In this document: piece by piece, positions 39,601-53,002 of the stretch
How the letters are laid out: the number at the start of each line of letters is the position of its first letter
Numbering within the stretch: the first letter of the stretch is position 1
Origin: Saccostrea echinata
Taxonomy: Eukaryota
DNA length: 64,000 nucleotides
Assembly: GCF_033153115.1 (NCBI RefSeq)
Contig: NW_026889805.1
Span: 11,966,001-12,030,000 of the forward strand
Reading direction: 5' to 3'
Notes under the pieces: generated by a model
Told to the model about the DNA's origin: nothing
What the model saw: the letters and a program-made list of their open reading frames with translations, nothing else
Database searches by the model: none
Program-made: the position numbers and the translations under genes

Positions 39601-40231
39601 ATGTTTCTTTGAAATAAGGGGACGTCTGGACAACTTTTTCTGATTATAGAATCCCAGTAGTTGCTATTAAAGCTTTGATCATAATGTGGATTTTTTTAAT
39701 CAGTACAACACACTTCATATCAGTGTGTCATCGATAAAATTCAAGGTAATCGGAAAAGGGGAATCCCTGCTGTGTCCACGTATTTCATAAGACAAATCTA
39801 TGCATTGTTCATGATAACTCGTCAAATCAAATTCTTTTCTATATTATAAACTGATATTCAAAATAAGGATAGTTATCTAACAAATTGTATGCAAAAGTAT
39901 ATTTTAAGAGATAAAGACTTCTAATATATATGCAAGGAATAAAGATAAGTAAAAGTTATCTCAGTTATTTTAAGAAAAGATAGATTACATGTAACTTCAC
40001 TCTGTTGCTGTTCATATTTTCATTTTAGAATGTGACAACTTGCTGCGTTTCATTATTTTATTTTTTTTTTAAAATGAATTTCATAGTTTTTAACATAACA
40101 ATAAAAAATTCTTGGCACACAATGTTGTAAAATTGATATCACAACAGGAAAAGACTACTGTTCAAAGACAGTAGACTTCATTCTAATATTTAAATGAATA
40201 TCCTCTCTGATTTTTTAAAATAATTTAATCT

Positions 40232-41612
40232 TTAATAACTTTCCTCAGACTCGCTGCGTACTGCACTTCCATTGCTTTGATGTACGTGTTCAGGTTCTGA
40301 TCCGAAAGAAGTTTCCGTTACGTCTACACTGTACACGGAACCCCTCTGGACCGATCTGGTGGATCCTTTTTGAAAGCTGTTAGAATAAAATAATCAAGCG
40401 ATAAAAGAGACTTCTTACTCCAAATTAGAATTTCAAACCAGAGAATGTTTATCTTGCATACATTTCAAAAAAAAAAATTTTGATCTTACACACAAGTTCA
40501 TGCAAAAACATAATGCTTATGGAAAATTATGTTAGGAATCTGTGTAAATGTTAATAAAGAAAAGTATGGACATTTTACCTGATATTACGTGCTGTAAATT
40601 TCAAAATTCCTAAAAGCTTTTTCCTGAATCGTTGGTTTGATAAATTATAAAGAATGAAGTTCATGGCATAATTTGTAAATTGAAACAAATAAAAGCTCGC
40701 CCAAATTAGATCTTTAACTGCCTGCATATATTTGGATTTCACATCTACATAAGAGTCCACAATGAAATATACCGCTATAGGGGCAGTAGTTGAGAGAAAG
40801 TATATACTAGTGACTAGAAGCATAATTGTTAACCTCCTGTCAAATCTATTCATCCGATTTGTCGTTGTTGAGTTTTGGACGGTATTTCTCCGGAACTGGC
40901 GAGATTGTCTTAGGACACGAATCATAACTACGTTCATTGAGATCATGAGTAAAAATGGTAGAGCGGATAGAAATGTAAAATCAATCCAAATAAAAACATA
41001 TTCATCATACTGTAAATAGCGTTTATTTAAAGATGTGCACTCTGTCTCATTTCCATCAGTCTTTATTCCATTTGTGATCAACAGATGCATATCTATACCA
41101 CTTAATATAACCATCACTAGTATAATAAGGCACACACATTTACGTATTGTCACAATTCTCATATACCTCAATGGAAACCTGATTTTAAGGAATCTCTCGA
41201 AAACGACACACACAAGAATCCATGAGGAACACTGCATAGACCAGTAAATGACAAAAAGACTTATCTTACACCCAGCTTGTCCTGTTAGTCGAAGATTGAA
41301 ATGAAATGTATTCTGCACCCAGTACTGACTGAGACCAACGCATAGAACAGTCATATCAAACAGGGATAAAACAAAAAGAAACATGTATGGCGGCTTGCGT
41401 TTGAAGTTCATCTTCTTTAAGACTATAATGATGATAATATTCCCGGTTATTCCTACAATGAAAATCACAGGGGATAGAATTCTCCATAAATACTCCCCTA
41501 TTTCCTCCAATTCTTCAAAATCATTCGGTTCAGACGTAGAATTATATGCTGCATCTATTGTTGAATTATCGTGGCGCTGAGACTCTGTCACATTCTCCAT
41601 GTTTGTAAACAT
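40232..41612 (-). CDS. Class A orphan GPCR (paralog 2, ~392 aa); exons 40579-41612 and 40232-40376
   Basis: 7TM with GN (TM1), LSLFD, CKI..SSWILVCVVFERF, LPF, NYAMNFILY. Donor AG|gtaaaa; tail SFQKGSTRSVQRGSVYSVDVTETSFGSEPEHVHQSNGSAVRSESEESY*. Confidence 0.92.
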
Positions 41613-42170
41613 CAGAGACGGATTTTGTCCCTCTGAAAAGATGAATTAAGTCATGAACAATTTCCATCGGAAAACAGTAAGAAATAATAATGTCACTCCT
41701 CGATGCAATGCAGTATAATAATTTAAATCACAAGAGGGCTCTGGCGCTATCAGGAAGCAGGGTAAATGTACACCGGGTCGTGTTATTATTTGTCTTGCTG
41801 TAGCAGCACGATTAGATCATAAACGAGTGCTGGCTGTTGAGTTGATCAGTGGGCAAGTACTAAGTCAACGTTATCTGTCACAATAATGTACTATTTCTAT
41901 CTGGACACAGAAATGTTACTCTAACGAAACTTCCTTATTACGTAATCAATTATGGGGAAAATATTGAGAGATAAAATATCAATTTACACATTATAAGAGG
42001 GATTTACAAAGAGAGAAAATAAGGTATGAATCATTGAAATTTCTCAAGGGCAATAAATTTGAAAAGCGATCCCAAGTTTTCGATCATCTCAACATGAGTG
42101 TTTTACAAAGTATTTGTTTTGTTCTTCTTCACCACAACCGCAATTGTTAAAATATAAAATATCCGGTATA

Positions 42171-42985
42171 ACCCATTCCTAGTTGTCAGCTAGATTAAAC
42201 ATGTTTTATGATTAAGTTTTCCAAATACCTGTACTTATGGGTACAATTAAATTTCAAAATTAGAAACCAAAGATATTTGTCATCTTTAAACTCTGATATG
42301 GATTTTTTTTAAAAATTATCTTATTAATTTTTATAAGATGATTTTTAAAATATGATTTGTTTAGCTTTAATTGTAAAAAAAAATATATAAAAATAAATGA
42401 AAAACTATTTCTCTAGTTTTATTTGCTGAAGAGTTAACACAATAATGTAAATTAAACATATTTTATGATTAACTTTTCCAAATACCTGTATTTATGGGTA
42501 CATTTAAATTTCATGATAAGAAACCTTTTTTTCAATCTTTAAACTCTGATATGAATTTAAAAAACTGTAATAATACATGTATCTTTATAATTTATATTAG
42601 ATATTTAAAAAAAAATATTCGTTCAGCTTTAATTGTAAAAATATAATAAATTAATAAAAACTCAACTCTAGTTGTATTTTGCGGAAGAGTTGACCAAATA
42701 AGGGAAAGGCATACAACCCATTCCCAGTTGTCAGGTAAATTAAACATTATATTATGATAAACCTTTCCAAATACCTGTACTTATTTCAAGATTAGAAACC
42801 AAAGAAATTTTCAATCATTTAACTCTGATATGAATTTAAAAAAAAAATCTGTAATAATATCTCCCTCATTTATATTAGATGATTTTTAAAATATGATCTC
42901 ATTAGTCTAATTGTAAAAATTATAATGATACATAAATGAAAAATTAACCTCTAGTTGTATTTTGCTTAATACTTAACACAATAAT
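42171..42985. repeat. ~270-bp tandem repeat, about 3 diverged copies
   Basis: attaaacat..tttatgat...ttttccaaatacctgta and aactctgatatg recur three times at ~270-bp spacing; lies next to an assembly gap. Confidence 0.8.
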
Positions 42986-43042
42986 TGAAAGACGTATATG
43001 TATGTTGTTTTTCTTAATAACGATAGCATATTCTAATATAAT

Positions 43043-43184
43043 NNNNNNNNNNNNNNNNNNNNNNNNNNNNNNNNNNNNNNNNNNNNNNNNNNNNNNNNNN
43101 NNNNNNNNNNNNNNNNNNNNNNNNNNNNNNNNNNNNNNNNNNNNNNNNNNNNNNNNNNNNNNNNNNNNNNNNNNNNNNNNNNNN
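43043..43184. other. Assembly gap
   Basis: Run of N. Confidence 1.
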
Positions 43185-44278
43185 GTTTAGTTTTCTTTTA
43201 ATCAGAAAAAAACTGGTTTTTAATGCATTTCTGGCATTCATTATTATTATTATTATTTTTACAGGAAACCATTGTTCAAAAATCAAATATTTAAGATAAA
43301 GAGTACCTGTAATACAGGGAATAATTTGTCTATAAAGGAAATCAGTCTTGTCCATGAGTATGATAGTTGTTAAGATCGAAGATATTGTATGAAAACAAAA
43401 ACAGAAAGGTTCATTTTGTCTTGTTTTAAAACTTTATTCGGTGTATAATATTAAAAAATAATAATAATAATAAAATATGTGAAACATTTACAAATTCTTG
43501 ATTGATCGCCCATAAATAGATATTAATTGTATATTTTCATATTTGTCCATCGGTAGATTTAATTTGCAATTTTCTTCAAATTGCACAGATTTATACTAGT
43601 ATATAGAAAATGCTTCAAATATTCTTTGATGTGTGATAAGTAAACAAAGATGAAAATTATTTGTAATATAAACACTTTTGAATATTTTGTATGTAATATT
43701 AAAACTATTAAATTAAAAAAAAGAATTCTTTTTTACTTCATGAGGTTACTAACTAGAGTCATGATCATTCTGCACGTAAGCCACCCGATTTATTGTTTTA
43801 AATGTTAAGCAAGATATCCAATAAAAGCTTAGCATCGATTTCTTAGGTGAATCATTTTCTCTTACATTCTGTTTTTATCATTTCAAGAAGTCTCTCCAAA
43901 TAATCCACCAGTTGCCCAATAAATGACAGGTATAGGACTGGTACATGTATTGCAATAAGGAAGTGTCAGAAATTCACGTTTGTTTTGGATGATAAAATAG
44001 AATTCGGTACTTTATTTATCTTCACTTAAATCTTTTTTCATGATTTACACAGTTGCACCGTGAGAAAGCCAATGCACAGGTGAATGTCAAGAACACATTG
44101 GTTAGTGGAGTTTTATGAGTTTGCTGGCGTGAATTATAGAGAATAAAGTTACTTTCGTGTTTAGTTCTACATTGAAGAAAACATATCTCAAAAGTTAAAA
44201 TAGTTATTTTTTTGTAGGATACTTTCTTAAAAAACTGAAAAGCAAGTTGTCAAGATAATCGACAATAAGCCCTATTCA

Positions 44279-44980
44279 TAAAACTAGAGAGTTCCAAGGA
44301 ACGCTTGTGTCGCCTTCCATATAGCACCATTATTTTATGTATCATTTTATTATGTTTTTAATCCAAAAATCCTTCCAAACTGACCAAAGAGATTTCAGTC
44401 TGTTTTTACCGCAATTATCAGTCTACAACTATCAATCTTGGTATACTGATCCCGTTGTATTTACATAGTATTTAAAGTTCAGTTTGTGTGGTAATGGTAA
44501 ATGTATATCATACAGTTTAAAAGTAGAGTGTCATGGGCTAATAAAAATGAGATAATGCTAATTGTTAAAACCCACCTCTACAAAACACGTAAGTTGAATT
44601 AACCGTCCAAAGTATTTTTGTAAAGTAGGTCAAAGGTCAAGGTCCAGTAAATTGTAATGCTGGTGTTTTTTTTTCATAATATTTTATGACAAACTGTACA
44701 CTTGCTAAGCACTTGTAGCATATCCTTATCTCTTAAATGTCAAAAATATGCTGTCTATCGGTACTATGAACTATTTTGAAAAGTAGGTGACAGGTCAAGT
44801 TCAAAGGCCATGAGGTTGGTAACCATGGTAATTTACAAATGCCATAATGATAAGCAAAATATGTACACAATATCAATCCATACCTCTTACAGTTCTCAAG
44901 ATACAAGGTGTGACAGACAGACAGACGCCTGGTAAAGTGATCCCTAAGTGTCGCTTTGCTCTGCAAGCGACGAAATAAAA
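44279..44980. mobile_element. Helentron/HINE-like non-autonomous element
   Basis: aaactagag start, subterminal gtgtcgc, (GACA)n at ~44913-44927, terminal hairpin gtcgctttgc..gcaagcgac then A-run. Confidence 0.6.
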
Positions 44981-45156
44981 TGTCTTTGTTTATTTATACA
45001 GATGAAAGAATAAAAATTGCAACGTTGCGGGAAAATTAAATCACTGGCGTAAGGGGTTTTAGAAATATTTTCTACCATGTTTCAACCGTTCACCCTCAAA
45101 GAAAAACAGTTCCTGTTTATGCAAGTATTTAAATTTATTTTAACTATCCATATATA

Positions 45157-45591
45157 TACGGTGTTTATATCTCTCAGTTGATTCGATACGCACGAGCATG
45201 CTTTACGTATGTACAGTTTCTAAAACGAGGTAAATTATTGACAAACAAGTTTAGCAGTCTCGTTTAAAGTCATTTCGTAAGTTCTATGGTCGATACAATG
45301 ATCAAGTCAGCAAGTACAATTTATCATTGAGTTAAATGCTGACTGACGTTTTTCATACTTATTGTTAGGCCATCATTTACACTCTGAATTGTCGAAGGAT
45401 TTTTCCGTTATTTCCCGATCATGACAAGGAGCACACGGCGGGTGTGACCGGTCGGCAGGGGATGCTCACTCCTCCATGGCACCTAGTCCCACCTCTGATG
45501 TTTTTGAGGTCCGTGTTTGCTATGCTCCTATTTTGAATTATTTAATGGACTTTTGAGCTTGCATACTGTTCGTTATCTCCATATATTTCAT
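45157..45591 (+). mobile_element. Penelope-like 3' fragment (subfamily A)
   Basis: YGVYISQLIRYARACFTY plus near-consensus 3' module. Confidence 0.88.
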
Positions 45592-46148
45592 AAAGTGGGT
45601 GAGGACAAGTAAAATACTTGCCATGTGTGTTTACTTTAACGAAACAATCAGCTACTTCTCAAAATCTTCTTGTGCAGACTCACCCAAAATTAACTCGAAT
45701 TTGTTTTTAATATATGACATTGTTAACTATAGTCTATTAAATAACATGACACTTTTTAATTTGGGTATATGTAACTATATAATTATTCAGTGTATGTCAT
45801 GATGGACGATTTTAAAGTAATGGTTTTAAATCAAAAGTCAATATGAGAGGTAAATAATTCAAGGGGTTAATTTTCGCTTTAAGTTCAAGTTAACTACTAA
45901 CTAAGTTAAGTTTAAGTTCAAGTTCTCCATGAAATTTCAAATTCAAGAAATAGAGAAATAATTTTTATAAAAGGATTGTGTACATGTTATGGATTATGTA
46001 AAGAGAAACATCAGATATCAACATACATCAACAACTTCTAAAACCTTTCAATACATTCGACATTTGAAGACTATTTAAATTTGGGAACAACATTTGTCTT
46101 ACTATTTCTGAGTGCTCTATGTAAAACTTATATCGCCAACCTCAAGGA

Positions 46149-46285
46149 TTTTTTGTTTGTTTGTTTGTTTGTTTTGTTTTGATTTTTGTTTCTTGTTTGT
46201 TCTCTATTTTATTTGTTTGTTTGTTTTCGTTGTTGTTTTGTTTGTACGTTTGCGTTTGTTTTGTTTTTGTTTTGTTTCTTTGTAT
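46149..46285. repeat. (TTTG)n-like low-complexity tract
   Basis: Seen directly. Confidence 0.85.
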
Positions 46286-47320
46286 AGTTGCTTTTTCAGC
46301 TCCTAGTGTTCTGGAGGGTATCCTGTTTCATGATAAACAGAATTATTTCCGTTACGACAAAAATAAGATTATCAATGATTTTTCAATTTATACTGAATTG
46401 GGATATAATAAATAAGAATAAAAGAAGTTTGAAATTCGAGGTATCATCATATTCATTTTTGACAACATCAAGAGCTAGCATGTTTAATACGAGTATCGTA
46501 GAAAATCAAAATAAAACTCTTCTATAAGCAAATGAAAATTATATTTCCATAAAGAGTGTCTTTCGAATAATGCTAGAGAGCTATTCTTTCTCATAGTGAA
46601 ATCACACAGATAGATTTAAACTAGAGGTTATGCATTGTAAATCATATACTCTATTTTATTTCAGTGCCCAATGCTAAATATGTTTGAATTGAAATTGAAG
46701 AAAGAAAGTAAATATGATTTTCACAAAGTGCTTTACACAGTTTATATGATATTTATTTGTTATTTTCACAGAAACACATTTTAATCACAAAGAGGTAAAT
46801 TTACGATACAATACTTAGGTAGTTATAAACTGTAAGATACAATCAGAATAACAAATATTTAATCAACAAATAAAATATCTATATGGAATACAACATTTGG
46901 TCTGTGGGTTTTACGATATGGATGTCTTCATTATCTTATTATCTTAGCCGTGATTTCCGAGAATCACATAAAGGGTATTTCATAGTAGTACGACGTCCTA
47001 TTTCTATTTAATCTCTTAAGATTAATAGTCAGTATTCAGTTCATAATTCTGACTGTGAAAATTTGACATTTTAATGTATACACTTCTTTGCAGCATACAT
47101 TTCAGCCATCATCAATGAACTTTCTGATACAACACAATAAAAAAAATGACTAGATGTACATAGATCTCAAAGCACTCTCATGATATTATGCTTGTCATGA
47201 CCCCACCATATACAAGCATTAAGAGAATTTATAACGGTAAAAATTTTCTTATTAATCTTTACATCCTGACGACCGTTCATGAGAATTGTGCAAAAAATAA
47301 TCCGTGTCAGGAATTGGACG

Positions 47321-48760
47321 TTATTCTCCTGTAGACATTTCCTCAGAATCTTTGGTTGTCTCTGATCCAATAAATGTGTCTGCCGTTTGTACACTGTAAA
47401 CAGAGTCGCTTTTTGAAGATTTCCTGTAAAAAATAAACAAAAATATACATTCAAATATAACAAAACTGGTAGAATATTATGGTCAATATTGAAATCTATG
47501 TTTTCATAGAACTGTCTTTTTTCTGATTAAAAATATTTGATGAATTCAATTGCCTTAATTTTAATTCAATCAAAACTGTTTTATAAAATCTTATTTTTTA
47601 AAAACAACAGATGGATTTAAATGTATCATTAAGATATGATTTATAATTAATGTATCAGCAGTATTCTATGTAACATACCTCTTCTTTGTCGGCGATCTGC
47701 ATTTGATCAGGTCGATAAATTTGTTTCTGAATTTTTTATTAATCAAATTGTACAAAAAGAAGTTTATTGTATAATTTGAGAACTGAAAGAGATATGAAGA
47801 GGACCAAACGACGTCCATTTTCGCACTTTGAAGATCTGTGATATCCTCCTGGTAAGAATCCACAATAAAGTAGACACTTATTGGTAAAGTAGCTACAAGG
47901 AAATACACACTGGTATACACTAGCATCCTTGTCAATTTCAAATCGAATTTCTTCAGTTTTTTATTCGTGCTCTTACTACGGACAGTACATTTACGGAATT
48001 TTCTAGACTGTCGAATCACACGAATTATGGTTGCGTTCATCGCAATCATCAATAGAAATGGCAACACAGACAAAACTGTGAAGTCCACGTAGGTGAAGAC
48101 AAATTCTTCAAAGTTGAAATATGCGTCTGTCAGAGAATTACACTCCCATTCCGATCCATCTGGAATTAAGCCGTTTGTCCAGAAATAATGCATATCAACT
48201 CCAGCTAAAACAACCATAAGTAGAAATACCAAAGCTATACATCTTGGAATAGTGACTATTCTTGGATAGCGATAGGGAAAGTTAGTTTTTATGCAACGCT
48301 CTAGAACAACACAAACAAGAATCCATGAGGATAACTGCATGGACCAGTAAATGAAAAACAAATTGAATTTACATCCAAAGTTAGTCAGAGCGCGAATATC
48401 TGAGGAAAATGTTTCTCTGATCCAGTACCTGCTAAGTCCAACACACAGAACCGTAATGTCACTAAGAGCTAGTACAAACAAAAAGAAAAATGGGGGTTTC
48501 TTGTGGAACTTCATCTGCCTCAGAACGCCAATTGTAAGTACATTACCAGTCACACCGACAATGAAAAGAATTGGTGAGAATATGACCCAGAGGTACCTGG
48601 AAACATCTTCTAGGAGACTAACATAAGTGTCGGACACCACAGAGGTGTTCATCTCCTCGGTCACATTGTCAAATGATACAGAAGGCCATATTGTCGAGAC
48701 GTTAAAAATGGAGTCTTCTGAATCAGCATAGGACTGATTTGTACTGCTGACATTGGTCAT
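47321..48760 (-). CDS. Class A orphan GPCR (paralog 3, ~394 aa); exons 47679-48760 and 47321-47423
   Basis: 7TM with LALSD, CKF..SSWILVCVVLERC, LPF, NYTINFFLY; N-terminal N-glycosylation sequons. Donor AG|gtatgt; tail RKSSKSDSVYSVQTADTFIGSETTKDSEEMSTGE*. Confidence 0.93.
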
Positions 48761-49617
48761 GATGACTTGTAAAAAAGTACCATGCTAAACATATACACTC
48801 GAACACTTACTCACGGCATGAGGAAAGAGTTTCACACCGGGAAAAGATTACATGTAAACACTCATGCCGGCTACAAATACTCTTATCAAATGCTATAAAG
48901 TTAGTATCACAAACGTAGGTGAGTGATTGGCAGTCGTACAATCTTTAAAAACTCCCATTACCCGTCAGTAAAACATTACATAACTCTATTACAATGAATA
49001 CTCAATATAAGAATGAACTTGCAGTTTCAAAATAATTACATCGAAAAATGTCTTCTAATTCAGATACGGAACTGATCGCGAACACATGCGAGCGGGTGGT
49101 TAATGGCTTTTCATGAAACATTATATATACTATTTCTTGACCCACTGAGATTTTATGAGAGTAAAAACGTAAATCTATACAAAGCTGAATTCTTTTAACA
49201 TTTTATTATTTTTTGCATATTAATGTAGATGGATCTACATCAAAGAATAAAGATTTAATGCATCGATGAAATTAAAATGTTTTTTGTTGAAGCTTCTTGA
49301 TAAGAGCTAATTACTTTGTATTATCTTTGATAAAGAACAGATGGGATACTGTTAATAATTATCTTAATGTAAGTATGCTAAAGAAAAAATTAACTTAATT
49401 TGCAATAAAAAAAATAATAAATAAAGATTAACAAATGAGTCGCTCGTTTTAAATATTGTTTGGACTTTGTCCGGATAAGACTTGTTCACCTGTAAATGAC
49501 ACGGCTGTAATCATATATGGCGCATTCTCCTGTAAGGTGAAACAGGAAGAGTAGATAAACATGTATATGTCAATAAATTATCTATTGTCATGGGTGATTA
49601 ACAAGGTTCCGTCAATC

Positions 49618-49724
49618 ATATTGTCCTCTGCCAAATCTAGAATTTATTCAATTTAAATTTGTATTTGGCAATGTCATATACAAAGTAAAATTGACCAAAT
49701 TCTAAATTTGGTAGAGGACAATAT
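49618..49724. repeat. Imperfect inverted repeat / tiny MITE
   Basis: atattgtcctctgccaaatctagaattt ... aaattctaaatttggtagaggacaatat. Confidence 0.75.
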
Positions 49725-50312
49725 CATTCAATCGATTTGAGTGTGGTATACATATCTTTTATCTTTCATTGCGAACCTTTTCACTCCGTACATTCTTGAA
49801 TTATTTTCTGTAATATGAAGGGATTATTAATATTAATTTAAAAACACCTTCTTTAAATCTAGAATTTAATTATAAAATAAAATCTTGATCCATTGATTGC
49901 AATTAAACCAACAACTAATTTAATTATTGTGAAGAAATATTATTTGATAGAACCCCGTCTTGCAATTGTTCAGAAAGAAATGATAATAAAGGGCTTTGTT
50001 ATTAAAAAGATGTTTAAGGAATATTTCCTATACATTTCTATTGTAAACTACATGTCCTCTTATTGTAATCCTACTCCTGGAGGACACAAATTAAAATAGA
50101 AATGTATCTACTCTATTTGGTGAGATGAACGTTAAGGTATGTCACTCCTGACACTAGTTAGACCAATGATCGTGAAAATTGATATTCAGTATGCGTATCA
50201 TTGAGCAACGGTTCAATTAGCTTGACATTTTTACACTTAAATTGTAATTTTTATATTCAACCTCAATCGTATTTTATCATATATAACAATAGCAATGAAT
50301 ATAATCTAATTT

Positions 50313-51033
50313 GGGTAGACTTTACTTTACCGGTCCCCAGATCCGCAAGATCCGCGCGCTCATTGCACTCTGACGTAAGATTTACGTCACTTAACTGATT
50401 AGGGTTAGTCTTGCAAATTTTTCGACTGGTAAGTGTTAGTCTTGCACCCACCTGAGAGATAAGGGTTAGTCCTTGCACAAGTTTTCGACTGATTAGGGTT
50501 AGTCTCGCATCCATCCGAGAGATTAGGGTTAGTCATCTCACATGGGTTAGTCTAGCATCCGCCCGGGAGATTTGGGTTATTCCTTGCATACCATCCGAGG
50601 GATTAGGGTTAGTGTCTCGTTTTTTTTTTTTAAAGATTAATTAAGAAATTCAGTTGCATCTGTATTTTATCCAAGATCTTAATTCAGCTTTAACGACATC
50701 TCTTTGGTTTGTTTACATGGAAAAAATAGCTAAGTACGAAAGAAACGGCACTAAGCATGCGCCGCACGCGCTTCGGTGACAATTATTTTTTGTCTCCTTT
50801 TCACTGAATAAACAATATTAATCACTTTTTTCAGAGAACGAGGTTAAAAATGTCGTTTAAAAACGAAGTTTTAAAGAGAACTTTTAACCATGCAATTCGA
50901 TTTTGGAGTCAAAAAGGCCTCATACTTTTAATTTTTTTCGATCGCTCACACGATCTCATATATACTGAAGTCGCCTACGGCGACACTATATTTTAGCGCG
51001 TTTTTCTGGGGACCGGTAAAGTAAAGTCGTTCC
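50313..51033. mobile_element. Non-autonomous TIR element (Mutator-like) with internal TTAGGGTTAG-containing repeats
   Basis: Perfect 24-bp IR gactttactttaccggtccccaga (50318-50341 and 51005-51028), GG..CC outer ends, flanks tctaattt / tctaaattt. Confidence 0.8.
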
Positions 51034-51337
51034 TCTAAATTTATGTAAAATACATGTAGTTTAAATGAAAAGATTTTCGAAAAAATGTTGTCGAATCAAT
51101 GCGCTTAAATCATTTTGTGAACATTTCGCACGAATAAAATATTTTTGGTATTAAAAAAATCTAAACAACACAATATAACATTTTGTTATATCAAGTCTCC
51201 TTTGATTTCATTATGTGTTATAGAAGTATCCTGTAATTAAAAAAAATTAAAAAGTGGTGTAAATTTTTAAACATGGTTAAAAAAAATCCAAACTTCATGC
51301 TAAAAACAAGGTTAATTTCAGCTTGACGTTTTCAAAA

Positions 51338-52190
51338 TATCTGCAATTTTTGGGTACTTACTGCGCCCTGTCATTAGCAGACCCATTTTTGTATTCATAT
51401 GAAGCAGAATTTATTCAGAAACTTCTACTTGAAAAGAAGAAGTATCTTGCTGTAGCCTTCAATTCGACATTCAGATATATCGACGACGTTTTGTCAATTA
51501 GCAATATTCGTTTTCATTCCTACGTTGATTCGATACATCCCTTTCAGCTCGAAATAAATTATACCACAGTCTGAAACATCTGTTTCATAGTTAATGGTAA
51601 CCTATAACAACAAAACCTTATGATAAACGTGATGACCTTAAATTTTCTATCATCAACTTCCCTTATTTATGCAGCAATAAACCATTACCACCTGCATAAT
51701 TATGGATTTTATGTCTCCCAGTTGATTCGAAACGCAAGAGCATGCTCTACGTACGAACAATTTCTAAAAGGAGACAAGCTGTATAATTGACAAATAAGTT
51801 TATGAAACAAAAACAAAAAACATCAGTCTCGTTTAAAGTCAACATTTTGCAAATTCTACGGTCCATAAAATGACCCTGTCAGCCAATTTAATATATCATT
51901 AATAAGTAGAATGTTGACTGAGGTTTTTCATACAAATCGTCGGCCATTGTTTTCACATTGAATTGTGTACGGATTTTTCCGAAATTAACCGCCCCGTGCT
52001 CCTTGTCTTGATTGGGTAAAAACCCAATCAAGACAAGGAGCACGGGGCGGTTAATTTCTGATCGGTCTACAGGGGATGCTTACTCCTCCATCGCATATGA
52101 TCCCACCTCTGATGTTTTTAGACGTCCGTGTTTGCTCTGCTCCAGATCTGTATTGTTTAAATGGGATTTTGAGCTTGATTGCCTTCGTGT
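51338..52190 (+). mobile_element. Degenerate Penelope-like RT copy with an internal perfect hairpin
   Basis: LADPFLYSYEAEFIQKLL..AFNSTFRYIDDVLSI; 3' module disrupted by an inverted duplication at 51981-52058. Confidence 0.88.
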
Positions 52191-53002
52191 TTCGTGTTGA
52201 AAGAATGTGTACAATTAATTCTTAAGATATGATTTGAAACCTAAATTGAATATTCCTTGCATATAGTAATGTAAAAATTCATATGAGTAAAACTATGCAG
52301 GGCCAAAGATCCAAGATATTGAATAAAACAAATGTGTAGAGTTTAAGATTTTCTTTTTCAATATCCTTCCACTACAATTAATAGTCCTTGATAAATTTGA
52401 TTTTTAGCCGATTGTGTAGGTTTTTAATTGAATGTTATACAATTTGCATTGTGTAATTCAGATATGCTATAAGAATGATATCGTCACTAATAATTTTGAT
52501 ATAAGAGGTTCTAACCAAATTTTCTCGAAAGGTGGCGAGTGACACACCTTAATATGTACCACATGGATAAACTCTCTTAGCATATTTGTCTACTAGTATA
52601 TGTGTTCTTGTTGGTCTTCAGTTTCCTCTATCCTCCTATGCTCAACTTTGAACTCTTATTGTGGACACACCCCTAACCTATTGGTCTCTTTTTGAATAAA
52701 TATGCAATTCAGTATATGATGTTGCTATATATATTGGTGAAGACGTCTTTACGTTGATCATGAGATGACTTCTTTTAACTATTATGTATTGCTAAGTCAA
52801 AAATTCATGGTCTCAGCCATTTGAAGAAAATAAAACATATATATTTTATGCGTTGCACTTTGACTACCATATACTGGGTTATTTTAGATGCATGCAAAGT
52901 TAGCGAATTTGTTTTTTTAAAGTGGGTATTTATTATTACATGTATCATGGTTTTCGAGCAATTATAGGTACAATGGTATTCCTGTTCATCATTATAATGA
53001 AT

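Noticed and set aside
10968-43355. ORFs containing long X runs
   Set aside because: Artefacts of translating assembly gaps.
46112-46527. Hydrophobic ORFs resembling membrane proteins
   Set aside because: They arise from the (TTTG)n low-complexity tract.
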